This document shows, one piece after another, positions 26,915-42,851 of a stretch of 64,000 nucleotides of DNA. The translations under genes were made by a program, and so were the position numbers. The first letter of the stretch is position 1; each line of letters starts with the position of its first letter. The notes below the pieces were generated by a model. It was not told the origin of the DNA. It searched no databases and saw only the letters and a list, made by a program, of their open reading frames with translations. Origin of the DNA: Octopus vulgaris (taxonomy: Eukaryota). The stretch lies in the NCBI GenBank assembly GCA_951406725.2, contig OX597827.1, forward strand, positions 46,810,001 through 46,874,000, given 5' to 3'.

Positions 26915-26959
26915 TGAACCCGAAGATTGCAGAATTCAATGCATGAAAGTACTAGTTCA
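26915..26959 (+). ncRNA. Minimal type I hammerhead motif of the PLE pseudo-LTR (core U4 to C)
   Basis: TGAAC-CCGAAGA-T-TGCA gaattcaa TGCA-T-GAAA-GTAC-TA-GTTCA; the related copy at 7596 has canonical CTGAAGA. Confidence 0.7.
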
Positions 26960-27121
26960 ATCAGAATGAACATTTAACATTCTACTATTTCATTTTATTT
27001 TATTCAATTATAATATATTATCTTATAATATATCATTATAAGATTGTAAATAAAACGTGAAAATCAGACAAGGTTGGAATTCCTTTTATTAATATATTCT
27101 TCTATACACAATCACACACAC

Positions 27122-27165
<44 letters not shown>

Positions 27166-27782
27166 TACGGACTTCCACATACTTTCTGCCTATCAAATTC
27201 GTTCATAAGTTATTTCGTCTGCCCGTGGCTATAACAGAAAAAAAAAACTTGACCAAAATGCTGCGCATCGGGAGTGAATCCAAAACCACATGCTTGCGAA
27301 ACAATCTTTCTTAACCACTCAACTATTCCAGAGAAGATCAAATAAATCAGATAAGGCAACTTTCAATAAAGATGTTAGTTATTGCATTAGCAATTTTCGA
27401 AAGCGTGTTTAAAGAATACAAATTATCTACGAAAGGGTGGTGAAAAATCACAGCCGGGTATCATAGAAACAAAGCAATCTCATACTATAATGAATAAAGG
27501 CAACATTAAATGCCGTATCTTTAATCGTAAACCTAACACTAGAAAAGATAAAAAAAAGGATGACGTTACAAATATTCGACATTCATCAAACACCGTAAGA
27601 TATAAACAAAAGCCATTAAACAATGCCAACTCAGCACAGGAGAGAAGTTACATGTATTAGACAAACAATAAATACGTTGAACACCTATCCTTCGCTATCT
27701 TTCTCCCAAGCTATCTCTTTTTGTCAGCTTGTATGTCTGCCTCTCACTCTGTTTGTCTGTCCCTTTTTATATATATATACTC

Positions 27783-27850
<68 letters not shown>

Positions 27851-27979
27851 ATATATATATATATATAATATATATATATATATATAATGTATATATATAT
27901 ATAATATATATATACATATTATGTTTATATGTTTATATACATATACATGCACACGTGCACATATATATATATTCACACA

Positions 27980-28032
<53 letters not shown>

Positions 28033-28914
28033 ACGTATATATATATATGCACACACGCATACATGCATGCATGCTTACATATATGCATTTATACATTCAT
28101 ATATATATATACATTCATCGTGTATGTATATACATACATATAAATATATATGTCTGAATATATATATGCGTATACATATATAATATATATACATATGTAC
28201 ATACCTATATATACACAAATACGCATACATACACACTCACACACACATATATACATACATACGCACATATATATATATATAAACATGCATACACACTCAC
28301 ATATATGTATATGAATGTGTGTATGTGTCTGTGCGTGTGTACGTGCTCGCGTGTGTGTGGAGGGTATAATTTGTTCGAGAAATAGAAATTGAAAGAATAA
28401 AAGTACCTGACCGCAAACCAAATAAGAATAGGTATTACAGTCAATATAACTGACAGAAACACTTTAAAAAAGCGATGCCCTTACGTGGCCTCAGCGAAAT
28501 AACGGAAACTAGTACAAGAATATCTGAGCCGAAAAAAATCATTGAACATCTGCAAAGTTCTTGGCATAAAAAGTTCAAACGGTTGTTGTAGAAATCAGAG
28601 CTATTTATAATTTTATTATTTTGATCGTGTGAATATTTTGGAAGCTGAAAAATTGCGAAAAATTGTGTTTCTATTGTAGTTTATATTTTTTGCTTCTTTG
28701 TTCTAAGTTCGCTTAGAATTTGGCCTTTCATTTCAATGTTTGTTTAGATGCCAAAATTTTTGTCGTTAAGCTTTTAAATATTCTAAAAATGTTTGAGTTT
28801 TTTATTATCATATTGTTAAACAGTGCAACGTGTGTATACATACCTACACGCAAACAGACATACGTACATATTTATATAGGTATACGTATACATAGGTGTA
28901 TATCTATCTAACCT

Positions 28915-29004
<90 letters not shown>

Positions 29005-29318
29005 AACCTGTCTGTCGGTTTCTGTCTCTGCCTGTCTGTTTTTGTCTCTGTTTGTCTGTCTGTCTGTCTCTCTATCAATTTATCTATGCAAGAAATATTC
29101 TATAAAGAAATCTATTAACAAAAATTCCAAGGAATTAACGCGCATTAAAACATAAGAAACAGAACTTTGGAAAGATGAGAGCTCTCACACAACAACAATT
29201 ACAACAACAACATGTACAAACACGCATTCATGCACGCGCATACATTAATACATTTAATGTCACTTGCCGGAAGATGTTTCACTATATTTATCTGGGTGGA
29301 AAGCAAATGCATGCACTT

Positions 29319-29390
<72 letters not shown>

Positions 29391-29501
29391 TGATTAAAAG
29401 AACAGAGAAAAACAGAGAAAAAGGAAAAACAAAAAAAAGCAAACAAACGTGAGGACATGCAAAGTATAAATATCGACGCTCGGATAAGGAAAAGAGTAGT
29501 T

Positions 29502-29536
29502 GTTTTACGTTTCGAGCATAGCTCTTCTTCGGAAAC
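29502..29536 (-). ncRNA. Minimal type I hammerhead motif (core CCGAAGA) in a pLTR-like fragment 29390-29590
   Basis: Minus strand GTTT-CCGAAGA-A-GAGC tat GCTC-GAAA-CG-TA-AAAC. Confidence 0.65.
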
Positions 29537-30091
29537 AGGAAAAACAGAAAAGTCCAAAAGGATAAGAAGGAAGGAACAAATCGCCAATAATCTACTTGCA
29601 AAATGCTGTCGTGAACATATTTCTCTGTTCTGAAGAAGAGGTCGTAACTCCAAAATATAGAAATAAATGTTAAAAGTACAAACCATTGATTTGCATTATT
29701 TCTTATATTGTCTTAGCAGGATCGACATGTGAAGTTATACATTCAGTTAGTTATATATTCATACACAAATACTACTTCTTTAATCACCGAAACAATATTT
29801 TTTATATCATCGAATTTATCCTTTAACTTGAAGCTAATTAAATGATTCCTTTCCGTTTCCATTTGTTGAATATATCTCTTAACAGTTACAGCTTTCATTC
29901 TTCAGATCTCGTATGACAATCAGAGACACGATACTCAACGTCACAAAATTTGAACTTGCAGTGTGTCTATACTGAGGTCTTTGCATGCAAATACAATTGC
30001 TTGCATGCTCGCACTTATACGTACAAACACTCACATATATGTTCGTATATTTGCATGTTTGTAATTGTGAATACACACATACATACATACA

Positions 30092-30156
<65 letters not shown>

Positions 30157-30265
30157 AAGTAGAGACAACATGTTCTTTGTCTATCTCGTTAACTGCTTGG
30201 AGATTTTAGGTATAATTATACTAATATGTCCATCTGTTCTAATTTAATTAAATTCTATGTCTTTG

Positions 30266-30352
30266 TGCAGCTGAAGATTGCTCTACATTTTAAATTGATG
30301 TAACGATTGCATTGTTCAATTAAACAGGGTTGCATGAAACGATCGTACTGCA
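30266..30352 (+). ncRNA. Type I hammerhead motif with extended stem II
   Basis: TGCAG-CTGAAGA-[58 nt closed by TGC/GCA]-GAAA-CGATCG-TA-CTGCA. Confidence 0.72.
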
Positions 30353-30383
30353 TTACTTCTGGATATCCTTGTTGCTTATTTTG

Positions 30384-30496
<113 letters not shown>

Positions 30497-30517
30497 GTAT
30501 GTTTGTATGTTTGTATG

Positions 30518-30553
<36 letters not shown>

Positions 30554-31379
30554 TATATGTATATTTGTATGTTTGTATGTATATATATATACTATATAAT
30601 ATATGCATGTATCTATCTACCTATTTGTCTGTCTATTTAAATTTATAAAGCAAGAAGATGGAATGGACAATTTCTACCAATACAATGAGCAAAAGAAATG
30701 TAAACAACTTGTTTACTCACAAAAAACTAATTTATGCGCGCGCGTGTCTCCTCCTGCACCTGCACACCGCTCACTTTGGTACCCTCACCCACACGCACCA
30801 CTATACTCACACCTATGCACACTGTTCAGCTCATCGTTCCCTTCACATACCATTACACACACACCCACAAACATCCCGCTTCACACACACACTAGCAATA
30901 ACCACTTCTCAGCACCGACACCAACACCACACACCATCATCCACACATCCACACACAATTTTCAATAGCTGCAATACACACACACACACACATACACACA
31001 CAGACACACACATACACACACACACACACACACAAACACGCGCGCGCGCGCGCAAGACGCATAAATACTAGCAGCACACATAGATGAAGATAATTTACAG
31101 CCACATACTTGCACCCATACACATGCACGCAATTTGGTCACAGACACACACATACACATGTGCACCCACCACGTGAAAGAGCACACATCAACTGCTACTC
31201 CCACATACACACGTTACACAGGTACACACAAACACGTCAATCTCACTCGCCCCCATTCACACATACACACACACACCATTGTCGCACACAGACACGCTTG
31301 CGCACCTCAACTTGTTATGATCACCATTATTATCTCCCTTTCATTCTACCTTTTTCTTGTCTAATCATTTGCCTGTTGG

Positions 31380-31543
31380 ACCACTGAAACCCACACATTT
31401 TTCCCCTCCTTCTCACTCTATTTATTTCTTCTTATTTCTTTCTTTCGAAGAGCGTAGGCTCGAAACGTAAAAGACTTCTCCACTTTCCCGAGCGTCAAAC
31501 TAATACACCTACTTGTTGTTCCCACACCTATCTTCGTCTTTTG

Positions 31544-31545
<2 letters not shown>
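31380..31545 (+). mobile_element. Penelope-type pseudo-LTR fragment
   Basis: gaagagcgtaggctcgaaacgtaaaagac and the downstream sequence match 9181-9370 (reverse complement) and 23520-23730. Confidence 0.5.
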
Positions 31546-31584
<39 letters not shown>

Positions 31585-31626
31585 CACACACATACACGTA
31601 TGTATACATGCATATACACGCACGTT

Positions 31627-31664
<38 letters not shown>

Positions 31665-32309
31665 AGTGCATGTATAATATGCATAGATATAGTGGACTAT
31701 ATAGTGGACTATCTATATAGATATTATTTAAATCGTTTTGTTTTACGAGAAGATTTTGATAACGCTGGCATAGAAGACACATAAGTGATGCCAACAATAT
31801 CTGCCTAAATTTATATACAATAATACATTTTATTACATTATGCCATATCCCTATTGTCAATATACTGCATTACATTGTGTAATATTCTTCTAATATAATA
31901 TAAACTTATTATATTCTCCTACATTATATCATTATTATATTATGTAGCATATATAATGCCTAAATTTATAAAATGTTTTCTTTAGCATGAATGCTGTGAC
32001 ATTCCTCAATTGTATTACTGTTTAGGCCGATGTAAGCATTTAACCATTTACCGCTCGTATAGACAATTATAATACATCTTATTAAATACTAGGATGAGGT
32101 GAAAACGCATGTGCTTCTCCGAGACATCATGCTATAACTAGATCCATGATATAACTAGATCTATAACTAAATCAATGATATTATATAAAGAAAAATCAGA
32201 CGTAGTCTTTTCTGTTGTATTATGCACCATGTCACGTGTATTTTGTCTCATAAATAGCCATATATTTATGTTTATACACACACACACACACTCACACACA
32301 CACGCACGC

Positions 32310-32930
32310 AAATGTGTTACTACAAGGTAACACTTCCCTTTCCACCCTTAACTCTCTTTTCCAGTTAAACTTGAAAATTTGATGAGGGTTTGGCCAAAGA
32401 AGAAAGTGTCTCTCTTTAGCCCTTTCAAACGGGTCCACCATACTACTTCTTTCGCTACAGCCACTAGACAAATAAAAATTGCCTGCCCCTCCCGGTAAAA
32501 TGAGGGCGACGGGCAATCTTCACAATGGATTCAGCTGAAAGCCGGATCTGTCCTACACGTGACAGCAAGTGTTCGAAATAAACCCACCGGTCAGCAATAC
32601 TCGAGCACTGGACTAGGGCGTGCAGAACGGTTTCATCGTTTTGGACGCACCTCGAGCAGGCCCAGCTGACGGCACTTCCGTTTCTGTAAAGTTAATCTCG
32701 AACAGGCAGCGCTCCCCGGTAGCACACCTAGGCAAGGGATTTCTGAAAGTTATCCATAGGCCCAGGCCCAAAAGTTTTCCGACATAGACCGGTTAGTTGA
32801 TCCTCATCGACGCCCAGAGTCTCCCCGAGAACGTCGTCGCCCTTTCCCTCCACTAGCCCTCTATAGAACGCTAGAGTGGAAGTATCACCAACTGCATTGC
32901 CCGCCTGGTGGAGGGCTGTGAGCGCTTGAT
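32310..32930 (-). mobile_element. Diverged L1/Tx1-like fragment related to 16293-18037
   Basis: Reverse complement aligns by eye with ~16850-17480 (WKRELRVEREVL vs LKRKVRVERQVL). Confidence 0.7.
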
Positions 32931-33087
32931 GGCACTCGAGATGCCAAGAGAGAGAGAGAGGTAAGGAGAGCGAAAGAGTAGGAGGTAGAATGTAGAAGAG
33001 AGGGAAAAAGAAAGCGTGAGAGACTTGGGGGATTATAGAAGTGTATGGAGCAGATTAAACAAAACAAAAATAAGATAAAAGTACGAT

Positions 33088-33196
33088 GAAAGCCAAAGGT
33101 ATCCTTGCTGGAATTTGAACTCAGAACGTGAGGACAGACGAAATGCTGCTAAACATTTTCACCGACGTACTAACGTTTCTGCTAACACATTTCCTC

Positions 33197-33228
<32 letters not shown>

Positions 33229-33242
33229 TGATGATGATGATG

Positions 33243-33276
<34 letters not shown>

Positions 33277-33473
33277 TGATGATGATGATGATGATGATGA
33301 TAATAATAATAATAATGATGATGATAATAATAATAATAATTTATTTCTTTATTGCCCACAAGGGGCAACACATAGAGGGGACAAACAAGGACAGATAAAT
33401 GGATTAAGTCGATTACATCGACCTCAGTGCGAAACTGGTACTTTATTTATGGCCCCCGAAAGGATGAACGGCA
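33088..33473 (-). mobile_element. Two SINE family B fragments separated by (AAT/GAT)n
   Basis: ggaatttgaactcagaacg (33110-33128) and tatttctttattgcccacaagggg...cccgaaaggatgaa (33342-33468). Confidence 0.7.
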
Positions 33474-33526
33474 ATAATAAAAATGATGATGATAATGATA
33501 ATAATAGTAGTACTACTACTAGTAGT

Positions 33527-33830
33527 AGTTGTTTGTTTCTTCTCGAGCCATGCCTAGCTCATAGGGGCCGGTTTCCCGGTTTCCTTGGCGTATAGGTTCC
33601 CCACCTGGACAGGACGCCGGTCCGTCGCAGGTGAGCTGCAAGATGCAGGATGAAAGAGTGAGAGAAAGTTGTGGCGAAAAAGTCAGCAGAAGTTCGCCAT
33701 TACCTTCTGCCGGAGCCGCATGGAGCTTTGGTGTTTCACTTATAAATATACATATCACCCGGTCTGAGATTCGAACCCGTGATCCCTTGACCGCGAGTCC
33801 GTTGCTCTAACCACTAGGCCATGTGCCTCC
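33527..33830 (-). mobile_element. SINE family C
   Basis: High similarity to 22113-22417; sits in an (ACT)n context. Confidence 0.88.
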
Positions 33831-33831
33831 A

Positions 33832-33878
<47 letters not shown>

Positions 33879-33991
33879 AAATGATAATGTAATAATGATG
33901 ACGGCGATGATGACGATGATGATAATTACAGTTGTGGTAGTTGTGGTGGCAGTAGAAGTAGTAGTGGTTGAATTGGTAGAACTGGTATTAA

Positions 33992-34023
<32 letters not shown>

Positions 34024-34772
34024 GTTCTGATGGTAGTAGTAGCGACAACAACAGCAATAACAAAAATAACAAATATAACGGCAATATTAAAAGAAAATAA
34101 ACACCGTTTATTAGGAAAGTCAAAAACAAAAACAAATGAATATTTTCTTCTTCTTCTTCTTCTTCTTCTTCTTCTTCTTCTTCTTCTTCTTCTTCTTCTT
34201 CTTCTTCTTCTTCTTCTTCTTCTTCTTCTTCTTCGTCTTCTTCTTCGTCTTCCTCGTCTTCTTCTTATTCTACATATATTTACATACATGTTTATGCATG
34301 TACATACATACATACATACGTACATACATACATATATATATATTTATATATAAGTATCTGTATACATATGTTTGCGAACGAGTGTGTGTGTGTCTGTGTG
34401 CGTATACATATATAGATATTTGTACGTATAGCGGCAAACAGTTAGGCATAAATGAAATATCTGTATACATAGATATGAATATATATATATATATATATAT
34501 ATGTAATCTAATAATATATATATATATATAATATTTAGTCAACATGTAGAGAGAAATAAATAAATAACAACTAAATTCTTTGTATTTATCCTTATATTTA
34601 ATATATTCACACACATACACACGCGCGCGAACGTACGCACAAACACATACACACACACTCACAGATTTTTTCTCACACGCACAAACTCTCACACGCGAAT
34701 ATAAATACACGCAGATACATACATACATACATACATACATACATACATTCATACATACATATATACATACAA

Positions 34773-34812
<40 letters not shown>

Positions 34813-34843
34813 CGCAAACACACACGTATGAATGATAAGTATG

Positions 34844-34904
<61 letters not shown>

Positions 34905-35776
34905 TTGCATTCATAAACATATATATATGTGTATATATATATGTATATATGTATATATATATGTATATATATATGCATGTATGTATTTGTGTGTATAAAT
35001 GTATATATATGTATATATATATATAAATATATATACGTATATATATATGTATATATATGTTGATATATATATATATGTATATTTAGACATATATATATAC
35101 ATACATATATATATATAATATATATATATATACATACATTTATAATATGTATATATATATATACATATATATACATATATACATATATATACATCTATAT
35201 ATATAGATGTATATATATCCTTTGGCGTTTAAACCGTTTTTCTTTCTACTTCAAGCAACTGTCACAAGATTGCTTTATGGAGTTTCTCTTTATTTACTAA
35301 TACAAACTTTTTTCTGTTGCTCTATATTATTTATTCAGCATAATCTACGAGGATGGTTAAGTTTAGAGGCATATTGCACACGCACATACACACACATACA
35401 ACACACACATACACACACACATGCACACACATACATGTACGTATCACGAAGACATTGCATATACATATACACACGCACACATGCACACATGCACACATAC
35501 ATACATACATATATATATATGTACATATATGTTAATATGGATATGCAAATTTGAATATATGTCTATAAATGTGCGTTCACTGATAAATAATATCTTATGA
35601 ACACTTGTATATACCTTTATATAGATTTGCTGGTTATCGTTGTGAATACTTTTCTACATCGTTGTATTTGTGTTTGTTTATGTTTTTAAATTCTCTTGTT
35701 TTCTTTATTTTTATTATGCCTGCACGTACCGAAAGGCTTAAATGGCTATGAATTTCTGGAAACGTATATTCATTCG

Positions 35777-35854
<78 letters not shown>

Positions 35855-35895
35855 TATATTTATATAAATATAGATATATATATGTATATATTTGT

Positions 35896-35930
<35 letters not shown>

Positions 35931-35983
35931 CACATATATATACATATATTATATATATATATGCATATATCTATCTCTCCCCC

Positions 35984-36026
<43 letters not shown>

Positions 36027-36089
36027 TATAGATATATGCATATATATATATATATATATGTTTAGACATGTATTAATATGCATATGATA

Positions 36090-36128
<39 letters not shown>

Positions 36129-36584
36129 TATATTTATATAAATATATTTATATATATGTGTATATTGATGTATATGTATATTTATGTGTATATATAAATA
36201 TATATAGAGGTGTGATAAATGAGTGTATACATACATAATATGTATTTAAGTGCGTATGTGCGTGTGTGTGCCTGTATGTATATATGTATGTATATAGCTG
36301 TGCGGGCGTGCGAACGTGTTTAGGTGTGTAGGTAAGTTCGTATGAAGACGGAAGCACACATCTTCACATTTATGAATTTTCTTGTGTGCTTTCGTGTATT
36401 TACGGTGTACTTGTGTCTATGTGCTTGCGTACATTCATACATACACATACGCACGCATGCGCAGTTATGTGCATACTCGGCCATGTTTTTACATTTGTAG
36501 ATTATATTTGCGTATGTGCAAATAGACTTTCTGAATATGATCGAAGATGTTTTAACAAATGTGATAAAAAGAAACATCCCCCGC

Positions 36585-36620
<36 letters not shown>

Positions 36621-36891
36621 ACCGCGTATACAAACATCTAGGTACATATATTTGCTGGTTATTTTTGCGTATACTTTTGCAACCAGTTATTAATCGATGC
36701 AGTAGAAACATATTTAGGCCTATTTGAAGCTCTATTTGTATGTATGTATGTATGTCTATATATATATATATATATATACATACATATATATATATAATAT
36801 ATAACAATATATATATATATAACAGTATATATATATATATATATATATATAAAGGAAGTAAAGGTAATGCTATGCTACTTCGTAATAATCC

Positions 36892-36945
<54 letters not shown>

Positions 36946-37382
36946 GTAATACAGACATGCATACACATATGGGCGCCTGCACATGCACGCGTGCACGCAC
37001 GCACACACACACACACACACGCTTGTTTTCTCTCACTTTCTCGCTCTCTCATTTTGTTTTGTTTGTTTGTTTCTTTCTCTCTCTGTTTCTCAGACACACA
37101 TTCTGTTGCTCTCCATCGGTTTCTCTTTCCTACGAAACACAAATATGACGCCATGCGAATATCTGACAAGACACATAAAACACGCCCGCGCACACGCATA
37201 GAAGCTCATACACACAATCATGTATGTGTACATACACACACAACTACACTTACAATTATACACATGCACACGAAAAGCTCACCTAAGCGTGCATAGATAA
37301 AAAAGTGCAGATATTTGCACATACATACTTACACACACACACACATACATACATACATACATACATACATACATACATACAT

Positions 37383-37801
37383 ACTCTTACTCTCTTTTTA
37401 CTCTTTTACTTGTTTCAGTCATTTGACTGCGGCCATGCTGGAGCACCGCCTTTAGTCGAGCAAATCGACCCCGGGACTTATTCTTTGTAAGTCCAGTACT
37501 TATTCTATCGGTCACTTTTGCCGAACCGCTAAGTGACGGGGACATAAACACACCAGCATCGGTTGTCAAGCAATGCTAGGGGGACAAACACAGACACACA
37601 TATATATATATATATATACATATATATATACATATTTACGACAGGCTTCTTTCAGTTTCCGTCTACCAAATCCACTCACAAGGCATTGGTCGGCCCGGGG
37701 CTATAGCAGAAGACACTTGCCCAAGATGCCACGCAGTGGGACTGAATCCGAAACCATGAGGTTGGTTAGCAAGCTACTTACCACACAGCCACTCCTGCGC
37801 C
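37383..37801 (-). mobile_element. SINE family A, full length, inside an (ACAT)n tract
   Basis: Minus strand ggcgcaggagtggctgtgtggtaag (A box) through gaaacaagtaaaagagtaaaaagagagtaagag. Confidence 0.9.
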
Positions 37802-37912
37802 TATATACATACATACATACATGCATACATACATAAATACATACATACATACATACATACATACATACATACATACATACATACATACATACATACAAGC
37901 TTTCATTAGGAA

Positions 37913-39100
37913 CAGTAGCATACCACACTGGTTAGCTCTAGCAGAGACAAAATTGATCCCCAAATGCAGAACCACCCACATGGCAAAAACTATCGGCCAA
38001 TTGCATGCCAGAACTTAATGTATAAGATCTAGAATACAGCATGTTTAAATCTCTTCCTCCAGGACCATTGTGAAACCAATAAAATTATCACAGCACAACA
38101 AGCAGCTGGGAAGAAAGGAGTCTGGGGATGTACCGAGCCGTTGTTAATCAACAAAGCTATGATGTCAAAGGTGCGAGAGCATCAGAGGAACCTAGTTTCA
38201 ATGTGACTTTGTTTCCCACTCATGGATGCTAGAAGCCCTTCAACTTACCAAAGTTCCAATGAGAACAGTAAAAGCCTTAGCTGATCTGACTTCCTCGTGG
38301 GACACCATCTTGAAATGAAACACAAAGACCGGTTGTATTATCACCGATAGAATACAGTATCGCAAAGCTATATTCCAAGGAGACAGCCTCTCTGTGATGT
38401 TGTCTATACTGTTTGTAAACCCCTTTGTCATTCATGTTAAGGAAGTTTGAAGAATATCTTACTGGTTCACAAGGAAGTTTCTTTGTAGATGACTTGAAAC
38501 TTTATGCAAAGTATTGGCATGAGAGGAAAAAGTAACTTGACCTAGTTACAACATTATCAAAGGATGTAGGGTTGGAGTTTGGTCAGGATAAATGTTATAT
38601 GGTTGTAAAAAGGGGGAAAACTATAAATCAGACTAGTAACATCTCCATCAATGATTTAACTGTTTCCCCTGTATATGAAGGGGATTTTTACAAGTATCTA
38701 GGGGTGGATGAAAATATATCTTAAAATGGCACCTGTAACAAAACACGTGTCACTAAAGAATATTATAGCCGAATAAAGAAAATTTGGACTTCAGAACTTT
38801 CTGCATTCAGTAAAACAGGGGCCAACAATGTGTTTGCAGTGCCAGTACTCATACCAACATTTAAGTCGCTTTATTGGACGCTTGATGAGATCCGAGCCAT
38901 TGGTGTGAAAACTCGAAAAATACTAAGAAGCACACATAATTTTCACATAAGCAGTGATGTAGACCGTCTCTACATAAAACGAAAACAAGCCGGCAGAGCC
39001 TTAACATCGATCCAAAATGCCTTTAAATGGCGTATCATATCCCTACAGCAACATCTATCAACCTCCAAGTGCATCCCTTGGCCAAGTTTGCATACATGAG
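37913..39100 (+). pseudogene. Degenerate R4/Dong-like reverse transcriptase fragment
   Basis: Remnants NYRPIACQNLMYKI, QQAAGKKGVWGCTE, IFQGDSLS, FVDDLKLY, FGQDKC, YKYLG, SDVDRLYIKR; multiple stops and frameshifts. Confidence 0.8.
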
Positions 39101-39162
39101 GCTGATAATTATTTACATTATTTACATTTGACGGATATTTGTTCTCATCTTGTTTGTTGTTA

Positions 39163-39206
39163 ACACAACGTTTCGGCTGATATACCCTCCAGCCTTCATC
39201 AGGTGT
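39163..39206 (-). ncRNA. Minimal type I hammerhead motif
   Basis: Minus strand ACAC-CTGATGA-A-GGCTG gagggtatat CAGCC-GAAA-CG-TT-GTGT. Confidence 0.75.
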
Positions 39207-39321
39207 CTTGGGGAAATTTTGGACCAGGGTTTTAATTCTCAAGGTATTTTTCGATGTTGTTGTGGTTGTTATTATTGTTGTTGTTGTTGTTGTTGTTGTT
39301 CTTCTTCTTCTTCTTCTTCTT

Positions 39322-39442
<121 letters not shown>

Positions 39443-39463
39443 TCACTGTGTGGAATCGAACTC

Positions 39464-39540
39464 GGGCATATGGTGTAGTGGTTAAGAGCGCGGGCTACTA
39501 ATCACAAGAATCCGAGTTCAATTCCAGGTAGTAATCTGAA
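39464..39540 (+). mobile_element. Short tRNA-like SINE (family D) / tRNA pseudogene with ACT anticodon and (AAT)n tail
   Basis: A box tggtgtagtggtt, loop CT-ACT-AA (39495-39501), B box gagttcaattcc; acceptor and anticodon stems pair poorly. Confidence 0.7.
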
Positions 39541-39548
39541 TAATGATG

Positions 39549-39607
<59 letters not shown>

Positions 39608-40204
39608 TCGTTATTCTCACAATTAATTGAAGCAAAAGCAATATCTTTCAACCAAGGTAAAAATATAACAAAAAGATAAGCATAGATCGAAACCCTTTGG
39701 TGCAATATAGTTAAAACTACCGTACAAATATAGAACTGCATTTTTAGAATGGCGAGTTGAAAAGCGAAAAGCGCTGGAGTGCAAAGATTAACGATCTCGG
39801 TAAAGGCTATCATCGTGATCTCTCGCTCGACAAACATATTCGTTCGGTTAAGTTACTGTTTTGAAATGAAAGCTATTCTATATACAGAAAAATCAATTAT
39901 ATTTCCATATATGAAAGTTATACGCTATTTCTTGAGAGTTATTTGAGGCCGTAAGCAGTGGTCCTTTGCTTCAGTGAAATCTATATATGCAAAGGCTTCC
40001 GTTAAATTAGGGTTTTAAATCAAAAATTCATCTGCAATACATATCAGGTTTTCAATATTTCACATTTACTGTATTCCTGCCGGGCATTTTAATAAATGTA
40101 AATATAATTTAATAGTTTTGCACCCAAATAAGAAATCAATAAACACATACAAGCCCACATTAAGAAATGATTATATCCATTTATATACACCTACATACAT
40201 ATGC

Positions 40205-40258
<54 letters not shown>

Positions 40259-41024
40259 ATATATATATGTGTATATATGCACACACACACAAATATACAT
40301 GCATGCATACACACACACATGTGTATGCATTGTCACGTATATTTATGCCTATAAGCATATAAATAAATGAATATATGCTAGTATATATATATATATACAT
40401 TTATATATAGTCATATATACATACATGCATACATTCATACATACATGCTTATGTCATAGAAATATCCGCACACAGGTACACACACACAAGCACATACATA
40501 TAAATGCAAACACGCATACATATAAACCACACATATGAACACAGATATATATATGTGTGTGTGTGTGTTTGTGTATTAATGCACGCACCCCGCCCCACAT
40601 ACGCACACAAAACAAGGCATTTGACTTCAGTTAAATGACGCAGTGAATAATAAAGGTAAACGGATGAAAAAGTAAGCTCGAAAAATTTTATACAGGTAAG
40701 AAAAAAATAAAATGGCGTAAAAACATTCGATTTTATTGTTGTTGCTAATGCAGTTGTAGCAGCAGAATTTTTGAGATTTAATAGTAGTAGTAGTAGTGGT
40801 GGTGGTGGTGGTGGTGGTGGTGGTGGTGGTGGTGGTGGTGGTGGTGGTGGTAGAAGTGGTAGTAGTAGTAGTAATAGTAGTGGTAGTAACAGTGGTGGTG
40901 GTGGTTCTGTTAGTGGTGGTGTTGATGTTGATAATTATTTTGAAAATAATAACGATGGCGAATGTGAGAATGAACATTATTATTCTTATCATCATCATCA
41001 TCATTATTATTATTATTATTATTA

Positions 41025-41077
<53 letters not shown>

Positions 41078-41105
41078 GTTGTTGTTGTTGTTGTTATTAT
41101 TATCA

Positions 41106-42077
<972 letters not shown>

Positions 42078-42105
42078 TTTATTATTATTATTATTATTAT
42101 TATTG

Positions 42106-42447
<342 letters not shown>

Positions 42448-42483
42448 CAATTATTATTATTATTATCATTATTATTATTATTA

Positions 42484-42560
<77 letters not shown>

Positions 42561-42778
42561 ACGGCGACAAGCTGACAGAAACATCAGCACGCCGGGCGAA
42601 ATGCTTAGCGGTATTTCGTCTGTCTTTTACTTTCCGAGTTCAAATTCCATCGAGGTCGACTTTGCCTCTCGTTCGTTCGGGCTCGATAAATTAAGTACCT
42701 GTTGCGTACTGGGGTCGATCTGATCGACTGGACTCCTCATCAAAAATTCATGGCCTTGTGCCTAGAGTAGAAAAGATT
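42561..42778 (+). mobile_element. SINE family B
   Basis: ggcgacaagctgacagaaac...gagttcaaattcc...gccttgtgcctagagtagaaaag. Confidence 0.8.
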
Positions 42779-42820
42779 CTTCTTCTTCTTCTTCTTCTTC
42801 TTCTTCTTCTTCTTCTTCTT

Positions 42821-42851
<31 letters not shown>

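Larger units (their letters stand above)
24849..27070 (+). mobile_element. Penelope-like element (probably Neptune-type), 5'-truncated, with 3' pseudo-LTR
   Basis: RT, linker with CxxxxCxxC, and GIY-YIG domains in order; non-coding 3' region with a hammerhead motif; ends near (CA)/(TA)n. Confidence 0.93.

Noticed and set aside
39464-39540. Functional tRNA-Ser(ACT) gene
   Set aside because: Stems pair poorly, there is no long variable arm, and it has an (AAT)n tail; treated as a SINE.
39749-39850. Possible plus-strand micro-exon (NGELKSEKRWSAKINDL)
   Set aside because: Weak splice signals and no recognisable peptide.
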